From contig JAVROT010000088.1 of assembly GCA_032162605.1 (NCBI GenBank), positions 1,144 through 65,143 on the forward strand: a stretch of DNA of 64,000 nt, in the 5' to 3' direction. Below, in pieces: positions 9,069-16,737 of this stretch (the first letter of the stretch is position 1; the number at the start of each line of letters is the position of its first letter). This stretch comes from Mycobacterium sp. GTDB lineage: Bacteria > Actinomycetota > Actinomycetes > Mycobacteriales > Mycobacteriaceae. The notes below the pieces were generated by a model, which ran no database searches, was not told the origin of the DNA, and saw nothing but the letters and a program-made list of their open reading frames with translations. Made by a program: the position numbers and the translations under genes.

Positions 9069-9269
9069 CACCGGACGACTAGAGCCGAGAGCCCGTGCAT
9101 CAGTGTGCGCCTGCGGACAGCCCGCGAGCCACAATCCGAGTGTCGTCGACGAGCCCTCCGGCGAGATGATCGCCGCCGCCGCCGCTTCCGGGCCCACGAG
9201 GCCGAGGCTGGCCTTCGCCTCTTCAGCGAGGCCGTCTTCGAAATCGCAGCCGGCCGCCGACCCCTTCGG

Positions 9270-9364
9270 CTTACCCCGCGGATAGGAAAACCTTTCCCAT
9301 CGACAACTGGAATCTGACTCCCCAGCGATTACGGAACAACTGCTCGATCACAACAATTCTCCTC
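9270..9364 (+). promoter_or_regulatory. conserved ~95-nt leader element, copy A (upstream of the MFS operon)
   Basis: About 80% identical by hand alignment to 18777..18870. Contains the imperfect palindrome GATAGGAAA-ACC-TTTCCCATC (9281..9301) and a CGATCAC box. Ends at an ATG in the same register as copy B. Confidence 0.7.
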
Positions 9365-9400
9365 ATGCCCAAACACACGAGGGAAGCCCAGGCCCGATGA
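9365..9400 (+). CDS. 11-codon upstream ORF (MPKHTREAQAR) overlapping the MFS start in ATGA
   Basis: Its ATG is positionally homologous to the ligase start codon of copy B. Its stop TGA (9398..9400) overlaps the MFS ATG (9397). No SD sequence upstream. Confidence 0.25.
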   Translation: MPKHTREAQAR

Positions 9401-10656
9401 AGAAGCTCATGGCACTGCACCGCAATGTCCGGGTCAGGATCGGGTTGGCGTTCGTCCACAAGTTGATCGACGCGATGATCCTCACCTTCATCGCGATCTA
9501 CCTCGCGGCCAGCGTGGGGATCGCGACCACGGGCGCGTTGATCCTGGTGTTCGCCGTGTTCGCGGTCTTCGGCATGCTGCTCGGCGGTCATCTGTCGGAG
9601 CATTGGGGCCGTCGGCCCGTCCTCATCGTCGGGGACGTCATCGGCACCGCCTTCCTGGTGCTGATGTCCGTGGCCTACTTCGCCGACTGGGGCCCGCTCG
9701 CCGTTTACTTCAGCTACGCCATCGTCAAGTTCGGTACCAACCTCGCGCTCCCCGCCAACGACTCGACCATCATCGATGTCACCCCGCCCGAGGACCGCAA
9801 GTACGTCTATACGGTCAACTACTGGGTGATCAACCTCGCGCTCGGCGGCGGCGCACTGCTCGGCGGCTTCCTCTACGGCTCGCACTTCGGCGCGGTGATC
9901 CTGGGCGGCGCGATCGGCATGGGCTTCGCACTCCTCGTCACCGTGCTGCTGGTCGCTGAGACGAAGCCGGAGGCGACCCCGGCCGCCGCACCCGCCAAGC
10001 TCCGCGGGTGGTCCCAGTTCACCGAGGGATACCGAGTGGTGCTGCACGACTCGACATTCCGCCGGTTGATCATCGTCGCCACCCTGGTGCTGACCCTCGA
10101 AGGGCAGCTGAGCACCTCCATCGGGATCCGGCTGTCGAACGACTTCGGAGTCCAGCACGTGTTCCCCTTCGGCCACGTGGACGGCGTGCAGATGCTCGGC
10201 GTGCTCAAGGCGGTGAACACCGTCCTGGTCGTGCTGCTCGCGCTCCAGATCAACACGCTGCTGCGGCGGCTGCCCGACCGGGTCCGGCTCTATACGGGCA
10301 TCCCCCTGTACGCAGGCGGCTTCGCCGTGCTGGCGATCACCGACACCGCCTGGGTGCTGCTGCTCGCCGCCGTGGTCCTGACCATCGGTGAGCTGATGAA
10401 CACGCCAGTCCAACAGGGGCTGCTAGCGGAGCTCGCGCCGGAGCAGGGCCGCCCCCGGTACATGGCTGCGTACTACCTGCACATCCGGTTTGGTCAGGTC
10501 GTCAACTCGTTGCTGATCAGCCTCAGCGCGGTGCTGAGCACCAAGGGGATGGCCGGGATCTACCTGATCTTCGGCGCCGTGATCCTCGTGCAATACCGGG
10601 CGATCCTGGCCCGCCGCCCGGCGCGTGCCGCCGCCCATGCACCGCTGTCCGTCTGA
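9397..10656 (+). CDS. MFS transporter
   Basis: 419 aa with ~12 predicted hydrophobic helices and an MFS-type loop (GHLSEHWGRRPVL). Confidence 0.85.
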   Translation: MKKLMALHRNVRVRIGLAFVHKLIDAMILTFIAIYLAASVGIATTGALILVFAVFAVFGMLLGGHLSEHWGRRPVLIVGDVIGTAFLVLMSVAYFADWGPLAVYFSYAIVKFGTNLALPANDSTIIDVTPPEDRKYVYTVNYWVINLALGGGALLGGFLYGSHFGAVILGGAIGMGFALLVTVLLVAETKPEATPAAAPAKLRGWSQFTEGYRVVLHDSTFRRLIIVATLVLTLEGQLSTSIGIRLSNDFGVQHVFPFGHVDGVQMLGVLKAVNTVLVVLLALQINTLLRRLPDRVRLYTGIPLYAGGFAVLAITDTAWVLLLAAVVLTIGELMNTPVQQGLLAELAPEQGRPRYMAAYYLHIRFGQVVNSLLISLSAVLSTKGMAGIYLIFGAVILVQYRAILARRPARAAAHAPLSV

Positions 10657-10679
10657 CTTTCCACATCTTGGAGGCAATC

Positions 10680-12023
10680 ATGTCGGCACGTTCGAACCAC
10701 GTCACCGAGGCCTACCTGGCCGAATGCGCGACTCCCAGCAGCCGGCTGCGCCACGCGCTGGCCGAGCTCGATGTGTCGGAGACCATGCGTGCGGCATGGC
10801 CGCGGCTGCTGCCCCGCCCGGTCATGGTCGACGAGGCCGAGTTCCGTGCGTTCGGCCGGGATCTCGTCACCATCTTCGACCTGGTCAGCTCACTCCCGCA
10901 GCGTTGCTTCGACGGGGACTTCGAACGGTTCCGCGCGGCCCTTGGCATCGACGACCGGCGCGGCGCCTGGATGCGCCGGCTGCTCGGCGACGGCCCGCCG
11001 CCGCTATACGGCCGGGCCGATATCTATTACGACGGCTCGTCATTCAAGCTGCTCGAGTTCAACATCGGCAGCGCGCTCGGCGGCCTGGACATGGTCGGCC
11101 CGCTGCCGAAGGCCTACCTGCGGATCCCAGCCGTCGCGGAGTTCGCCGCCGAGCACGGCCTTGGCTACCTGGACACGAGCCGGGACCTGGCCGCGGCGCT
11201 GCGCAACGCAGGTGAAGCCATCGATGCCGGCGAGCCCGTGGTCGCGGTGGTGGAGGGACCCGGCGGGATGGGCGTGTACGGACACCAGCGACGGGCGATC
11301 GCGGAGCTGCTGATCGAGCAGGGCATCGAGTGCCGGGTTGGCGAGATCGGCGACCTGACCTTCAGCGCCGGCAAACCGTACCTTCACGGCACCGGGATCG
11401 ACGTGATAGTGCGCTATTACGGGCTCGAGGAGATGCTCGCGCATCCCGACGGCGAGGCTCTCATGGAGCCGGTCTTCCGGGCCCACGAGAACGGCACCGT
11501 AGTGGTGTGGACGCCGACCAACGTGTTCGGGAACAAGGGCACGCTCGCGATGCTGTCCGAGTTCGCCGAGGACACCTCGGTGTTCTCGGCGCAGGAGCGG
11601 ACGGTCATCGAGCGGGTGCTGCCGTGGAGCCGCATGCTCGGCCGACGCGGCGCGGAATTGGATGAACGGTTCGTCTCCGAGTGCATGCAGCGCCGGGAGC
11701 AGCTGGTGTTCAAGCCAACTGGGCTGTTCGGCGGCGAAGGCGTCTTGATCGGACGGGAGGTGGACCCGCGCACCTGGCGGGAGGCGCTGGCGGCGAGCAC
11801 GCAGACCGGCTGCCTCGTACAGGAGATCGTGCAGCCGAACGTGGAGCCGGTGATCGAACCGCAGACCGGTGCCCGCTCCGAGTGGTACGCGCTGTGGGCC
11901 GCCTTCATGACTCCGGCGGGGCTCGCCGGCGGTGGCGTGCGGGCGGTACCGCCCGGTGGCAGCACCGTCATCACGATGATCAACAACACCCAGGTCCGCA
12001 ACACATGCCTCGTGACCTGCTGA
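10680..12023 (+). CDS. ATP-grasp-fold amide ligase, glutathionylspermidine-synthase-like (putative)
   Basis: GGAGG lies 5 nt upstream of the ATG at 10680. Motifs GRADIYYDGSSFKLLEFNIGSALGG and LVFKPTGLFGGEGVLIG resemble the GspS / circularly permuted ATP-grasp families. Confidence 0.65.
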   Translation: MSARSNHVTEAYLAECATPSSRLRHALAELDVSETMRAAWPRLLPRPVMVDEAEFRAFGRDLVTIFDLVSSLPQRCFDGDFERFRAALGIDDRRGAWMRRLLGDGPPPLYGRADIYYDGSSFKLLEFNIGSALGGLDMVGPLPKAYLRIPAVAEFAAEHGLGYLDTSRDLAAALRNAGEAIDAGEPVVAVVEGPGGMGVYGHQRRAIAELLIEQGIECRVGEIGDLTFSAGKPYLHGTGIDVIVRYYGLEEMLAHPDGEALMEPVFRAHENGTVVVWTPTNVFGNKGTLAMLSEFAEDTSVFSAQERTVIERVLPWSRMLGRRGAELDERFVSECMQRREQLVFKPTGLFGGEGVLIGREVDPRTWREALAASTQTGCLVQEIVQPNVEPVIEPQTGARSEWYALWAAFMTPAGLAGGGVRAVPPGGSTVITMINNTQVRNTCLVTC

Positions 12024-12040
12024 GCAAGAGGAGTAGCCCG

Positions 12041-12715
12041 ATGACCCGATTCGTCGACCTGACCCACGGCTTCTACGACGGAATGCCGTCCTACCCCGCC
12101 GACTGGTTTCCGAAGTTCGCCAGCGAGCGCACGATGACCCCGGAGACCGACCCTTACGGCACCAAGCGCACGTTCTCCTATCTGCACGTGTTTCCGCACA
12201 ACGGAACGCACATGGAGTACCGGCTGCATTTCTTCCCCGGGGCGGAGGGGATTGACGAGGTGCCGCTGCACACCCTGATCGGCCGCGCCTGCGTCGCCGA
12301 CCTGTCCGACAAGGGCGAGCTGGAACCGGTCACCGGCGAGGACCTTGAGCGGACGCTGCGCCCGGTGTGGCGGGAGGGTGACCGGCTGCTGGTTCGCACC
12401 GACTACCTGCGGAACAACTGGGGCCGCCCCGACTACTGGGACGTGCCGCCCTACCTGACGCCGTCAGCCGCGGAATGGGCCATCGACAACGGCGCCAGCC
12501 TGTTCGGTCTGGACTGCCTCACCGAGCGGCCCGGCGACGCCGAGTCTCCCGTGCACCACGCGCTGCTGGCGGCCGGCATCCCGCTGCTGGAGTACGTCAC
12601 CAACATGCACGAGCTCACCAGGTCGGTCGTTCAGCTCGTTGCGCTGCCCATGAAGGTGGCCGGCGCCGAGGCGGCTCCCACCAGGGTCATCGCCATGGAG
12701 GACACCGATGACTGA
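12041..12715 (+). CDS. cyclase-family protein (kynurenine formamidase-like metal hydrolase)
   Basis: HNGTHMEYRLH motif (compare HxGTHxDxPxH), plus GLDCLTERPGD and VHHALLAAGIPLLEY. Confidence 0.8.
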   Translation: MTRFVDLTHGFYDGMPSYPADWFPKFASERTMTPETDPYGTKRTFSYLHVFPHNGTHMEYRLHFFPGAEGIDEVPLHTLIGRACVADLSDKGELEPVTGEDLERTLRPVWREGDRLLVRTDYLRNNWGRPDYWDVPPYLTPSAAEWAIDNGASLFGLDCLTERPGDAESPVHHALLAAGIPLLEYVTNMHELTRSVVQLVALPMKVAGAEAAPTRVIAMEDTDD

Positions 12716-13889
12716 ATCGGGCCGGCCCGCGGTTGCGCTCGCTTCCGCGACCGATGACGCCGCGGTGCCCGGTGTGTTGCACCGGCTGCTCGCGCTGCTC
12801 GACGAGCCGCTGGCCGGCCTGCGTCCCGGCGCCGAGGTGCTCATCAAGCCGAACATGTTCCAGACCGCCCCTGGATTTCACGTGAGCCCGGCGCTGCTGG
12901 CCGCCATTGCTCGCGCGGTCGCCGAGCACGGGGCCCGGCCGGTGATAGCGGAGCGTACGCATGCCATCTACGAGATCTTGAATGACCACGAGGCCGCCAA
13001 GTACGCTCGCGTGGTCAGCTTCGATGACCTGCCGTTGCGCATCACCAACATTCCGGGCGCGACGTCGCTTCGGGTGCCGATCGCGGTGCCCGAGATGATC
13101 GAAGACTGCGACTACTTCATCGGGGTGCCGCAGCTGCGCACGCACGCGAGCGTCGTCTACTCCAACGCGATGAAGAACCTGGTCGGGTTGTTGCCCGGCT
13201 ACACGACCCGAATCGTGCACATGGCTGGGGTCGACGAGTCCACCGTGGACCTCAACCTGATGCGCCCGCAGGATCTGGTCATCTGCGACGGAACCACGGT
13301 GATCGAGGGCAACTACCCGATGGACGGGCAAGCGCGCTCGGTGGGCTTCCTGGCGGCCAGCCGAAACGCGGTCGCCCTCGACGTCGCGGTCGGCGTGCTG
13401 GCCGGCTTCGACCCGCGCAGCGTCGCCTATCTGCGCGACGCGCACCAGCGCGGGATGGGCCCACTCGCGCTCGAGGACATCGACCTGCGTGGCACGGCGC
13501 TGACGGAGCTCGCCTTCGACATGGTCAAGGCGCCGGTCGAGATCGTTCCGCCGCGTGCCGGTATCCACGTCTACGCCGAGCATGCCTGCCCGGCGTGCAG
13601 TCGGTTCGTGGCCGCGGCCATGCGTGCCCTCGCCGATGAGCTGTGCGCTTGGGACGGAGAGATGACGATCGTCTCCGGTCCGCAGGTGCAGATGCCGCCG
13701 CTGCGCGGTGCGGTGATCCTCGTCGGCAACTGCCTCTACGAGAGCCGCGATCTCGGCATCTTCATCGAGGGTTGCCCACCACGCGCGATCCAGCTCGCCG
13801 CGTTCCGGTACGCGATGGGCAAACCGGTCGGCGACCATGAGCGCACCCAGTTCCGGGTGCCGCCACGGCTGGCGGGTGTGGCGGGATGA
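12708..13889 (+). CDS. DUF362-family protein with LarA-like motif spacing (candidate NPN-dependent enzyme)
   Basis: VLIKPN..., VPQLRTHASVVYSNAMKNLVGLLPGYTTRIVHMAG and ICDGTTVIEGN. The C-terminal third has CPAC...C...NC...GCPP. 8-nt and 4-nt overlaps with the flanking genes. Confidence 0.75.
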   Translation: MTESGRPAVALASATDDAAVPGVLHRLLALLDEPLAGLRPGAEVLIKPNMFQTAPGFHVSPALLAAIARAVAEHGARPVIAERTHAIYEILNDHEAAKYARVVSFDDLPLRITNIPGATSLRVPIAVPEMIEDCDYFIGVPQLRTHASVVYSNAMKNLVGLLPGYTTRIVHMAGVDESTVDLNLMRPQDLVICDGTTVIEGNYPMDGQARSVGFLAASRNAVALDVAVGVLAGFDPRSVAYLRDAHQRGMGPLALEDIDLRGTALTELAFDMVKAPVEIVPPRAGIHVYAEHACPACSRFVAAAMRALADELCAWDGEMTIVSGPQVQMPPLRGAVILVGNCLYESRDLGIFIEGCPPRAIQLAAFRYAMGKPVGDHERTQFRVPPRLAGVAG

Positions 13890-15259
13890 CGATCAGTACG
13901 GTCACCTCGCCCGGTTCGGCGTTGCCCGCCGGATCGCGGCTGTACCGCCATGTCATGCCGCTGGCGACGCCGATGAACCCGGTGGCGGCGGCCGCCGCGT
14001 TGCGTACCGCCGGTCGGCTCATGCTCACCGCCGGATCCGAGGGTCGCAGCGCAACTCTGGCGGTGGGCGAGCTCGCCGTCCTCTCCCATCCGGGGGGTGC
14101 GGGCCACGCGCCGCTGGCCGACGCCGTGGATTTTCTTGCCGCGCTGGATGTTCCAGTGGGCACCCCGCCTGCCGAGACGGCCTGGTACGGCCTGTTGGGC
14201 TATGACGGGGTGCGGGACTTCGAGCGATTGCCCTGCCGTCACCCGGCGACCGATCGGCCGGTGTACGAGTTCTTCCTGCCCGAGACACTGGTCCAGTTCA
14301 CTGACGGGTATGGGCAGGTGATCGGCCGCGGTCCGTCAGCCGCCGCCGCACGCGCCGCGGCCGAGCGGACCGCGAGGAGGTTGGCGGGGCTGACCGTTGC
14401 GCCGCTCGGCGTCGTCGCCGTGGGTGCCGGCCGGTTCGGCGCCAGCTACGAGGAGTACGCCGCCGCGGTCGACCGCGCAAAGCACCACATCCTCGACGGC
14501 GACGTCTTCCAACTCGTGCTGTCCATCGCCTGGACCGCACCGGCCACCGTGGACGGTCTGGCGGTCTTCGAGCGACTGACGGCGATCAATCCGTCCCCAT
14601 ACCACTTCTGGTACGCCGGGCCGCGGTTCGAGGCGGTCGGCGCCTCACCGGAACCGTGCTTGACGCTGCACGACGGCCGGGCGCTCATCCGTCCGCTCGC
14701 CGGAACCCGACCTCGCGGCCACGACGCCCTCGCCGATCTGCGCGCCGAAGCCGACCTGCGCTCGTCGGCCAAGGAACTGGCCGAGCACCGGATGCTCGTC
14801 GATCTCGCGCGCAACGATCTGGGCCGGGTGTGCCGGCCGGGCAGCGTCTCCGTCGAGCGGCTGATGGACGTGGAGCGCTACTCCCACGTGATGCACCTGA
14901 CCTCGGACGTGCACGGCCAGATCCGCGGCGACCTGCGAACCGACGAACTCATCCGGGCAACGTTCCCGGCGGGCACCATGACCGGCACGCCCAAAGTGCG
15001 CGCCATGGAGCTCATCGACGAACTAGAGCCGACCCGGCGCTGGCTGTACTCAGGCGCGGTCGGGTCATTCGGACTGTCCCACGTCGACTTGTACCTGACG
15101 ATTCGCAGCATGGTGCTGTGCGACGGAGAAATTCGCCTGCAGGCGGGAGGTGGCATCGTGCACGACTCCGAGCCGTCGGCCGAGTACGCCGAATGTCTGG
15201 CGAAGCTCGGCTCGAGTGCCCGGGCCCTTGGGATCACGATCAAGGGGGCCGCGGCATGA
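13886..15259 (+). CDS. chorismate-utilising enzyme, component I (anthranilate/aminodeoxychorismate/ADIC synthase family)
   Basis: FQLVLS, NPSPYHFW, RPLAGTRPRG, AEHRMLVDLARNDLGRVC, FPAGTMTGTPKVRAMELIDELE, GGGIVHDSEP. Confidence 0.85.
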   Translation: MTISTVTSPGSALPAGSRLYRHVMPLATPMNPVAAAAALRTAGRLMLTAGSEGRSATLAVGELAVLSHPGGAGHAPLADAVDFLAALDVPVGTPPAETAWYGLLGYDGVRDFERLPCRHPATDRPVYEFFLPETLVQFTDGYGQVIGRGPSAAAARAAAERTARRLAGLTVAPLGVVAVGAGRFGASYEEYAAAVDRAKHHILDGDVFQLVLSIAWTAPATVDGLAVFERLTAINPSPYHFWYAGPRFEAVGASPEPCLTLHDGRALIRPLAGTRPRGHDALADLRAEADLRSSAKELAEHRMLVDLARNDLGRVCRPGSVSVERLMDVERYSHVMHLTSDVHGQIRGDLRTDELIRATFPAGTMTGTPKVRAMELIDELEPTRRWLYSGAVGSFGLSHVDLYLTIRSMVLCDGEIRLQAGGGIVHDSEPSAEYAECLAKLGSSARALGITIKGAAA

Positions 15260-15858
15260 TCTGCGTCATCGACAACTACGACTCGTTCGTATACAACCTC
15301 GTGCAGTACGCGGGAGATCTCGGCGAGGAGTGTGTCGTATACCGCAACGACGAGGTAACCGTCCAACGGGTGGCCGACCTTGCTCCCGACTTGATCCTCA
15401 TCTCGCCGGGTCCCGGTGATCCGGCCGATGCAGGCATCTCCATCAAGCTGATCCAGCGGCTGGGCCACGACTTCCCGATTTTCGGAGTATGTCTCGGCCA
15501 CCAAGCGATCGGCGCCGCGTTCGGCGCCCGGATCCGGCACGCCGCCGCGCCGATGCACGGTAAGTGCTCGGAGATCAGGCACGACGGAATGGGCGTCTTC
15601 GCGGGACTGCGGAACCCGCTGACGGTTGCGCGCTACCACTCCCTGGTGATCGAGGCCGACACGCTGCCGGCCGAACTGGTGGCGACCGCCTGGTCGCGGG
15701 AAGGCGAGATCATGGGGGTTCGGCACCGGACACTGCCGATCGAGGGTGTGCAGTTCCACCCCGAGTCGCTGTTCACCGAACAGGGCGTCGACATCGTCGG
15801 AAATGCGGTGCGTGGCATCCGCAGCCGGCTGGCCGCGGAGGGGGTGGGGGCCGCATGA
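15256..15858 (+). CDS. glutamine amidotransferase, component II (TrpG/PabA-like)
   Basis: MICVIDNYDSFVYNL, GVCLGHQAIG (catalytic Cys), VQFHPES. ATGA overlap with component I. Confidence 0.9.
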   Translation: MICVIDNYDSFVYNLVQYAGDLGEECVVYRNDEVTVQRVADLAPDLILISPGPGDPADAGISIKLIQRLGHDFPIFGVCLGHQAIGAAFGARIRHAAAPMHGKCSEIRHDGMGVFAGLRNPLTVARYHSLVIEADTLPAELVATAWSREGEIMGVRHRTLPIEGVQFHPESLFTEQGVDIVGNAVRGIRSRLAAEGVGAA

Positions 15859-16691
15859 ACGCCGACCGGCTGCTGGCCCGTCTTCGATCACTCGACGGTG
15901 TGGCCGTCGCGTTTTCCGGTGGTGTCGACTCCACCCTGGTGCTGGCCGCAGCGTTGCGGGCGCTGCCGGCGAACCGGGTGCTGGCGGTGATCGCCGACTC
16001 GCCCAGCCTCGCCCGCACCGAACTCGTCGACGCGCGGCACGTTGCCGCCGATCTGGGCGCGGAGCTGGTCGAAGTGCGGGTCGCCGAGCTCGAGATTCCC
16101 GGCTACCGTGCGAATGCGGGCAACCGCTGCTATTTCTGCAAACACACCGTGCTGAGCGCCGTCAGCGAACTCGCGGTCCGGCGGGGTATCGCGCACGTGG
16201 CCACCGGTACGCATGCCGACGACCATCGGGCCGTGCACCGACCCGGTCTGCGTGCCGCCCGTGAACTGCACGTGGTCGAACCACTGGCCGATGCCGGGCT
16301 CGGCAAGCGCGAGATCCGGATGCTGGCGGCCGCGTGGTCGTTGCCCGTCGCCGACAAGCCGGCGACGCCGTGCCTGGCCTCGCGTATCGCGGTGGGAGTA
16401 CCCGTCTCCATCGGTCGGCTTGGCCTGGTGGAGCGCGCCGAGATCGCGGTGCGAGCGCGGCTGGCCGGTGTCGGCGTGCAACCGCGTGATCTCCGAGTTC
16501 GGTTGCTCGGCGATGGATTTGCCATTGAGCTGGACCGGACGACGCACGCCGCGATGGAGATGTTGCCGGGGTTCACTGCCGAGGTTCTCGCTGCTTTGAA
16601 TGGCCTCGGCCTGACCGGCGCCGGACGGGTGGGGACATACCGCTCTCCCACACTCGCGCCTCCCATCGGTGACACCGCGGTCACTTCGTGA
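15855..16691 (+). CDS. larE: LarE-type PP-loop ATP-dependent sulfur transferase
   Basis: AFSGGVDSTL PP-loop. CYFCK plus PCLASR gives three Cys in total. ATGA overlap with the amidotransferase gene. Confidence 0.85.
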   Translation: MNADRLLARLRSLDGVAVAFSGGVDSTLVLAAALRALPANRVLAVIADSPSLARTELVDARHVAADLGAELVEVRVAELEIPGYRANAGNRCYFCKHTVLSAVSELAVRRGIAHVATGTHADDHRAVHRPGLRAARELHVVEPLADAGLGKREIRMLAAAWSLPVADKPATPCLASRIAVGVPVSIGRLGLVERAEIAVRARLAGVGVQPRDLRVRLLGDGFAIELDRTTHAAMEMLPGFTAEVLAALNGLGLTGAGRVGTYRSPTLAPPIGDTAVTS

Positions 16692-16737
16692 GATCGTCAG
16701 CGAGACACCGGTGCCCCGCACAGCTGAAGGCGGAACC

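Noticed and set aside
8651-9197. N-terminal 180 codons of the 391-aa ORF 8022..9197
   Set aside because: Noise-like composition. It is antisense to a well-formed secreted-protein gene (8616..9068). Only the CoxG-like 3' part is credible.
9300-9345. ECF (GGAAC/GGAAT...GTT), SigF (GGWWT-N16-17-GGGTAY) or SigA promoter inside the duplicated leader
   Set aside because: GGAAT is present, but no acceptable -10 partner occurs at the required spacing in either copy. The TCGACA/-10 combinations also fail. I left the promoter unassigned.
14878-15891. 337-aa antisense ORF. The same class includes 22443..23669, 24812..26158, 26883..28052, 28400..29383, 41917..43371, 44001..45581, 46740..47954, 54196..55599, 56412..57620, 58386..59768, 60571..61479 and 61924..62856
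   Set aside because: Each lies opposite a gene with strong family motifs and has the Arg/Gly/Pro/His-rich composition typical of antisense frames in high-GC DNA.
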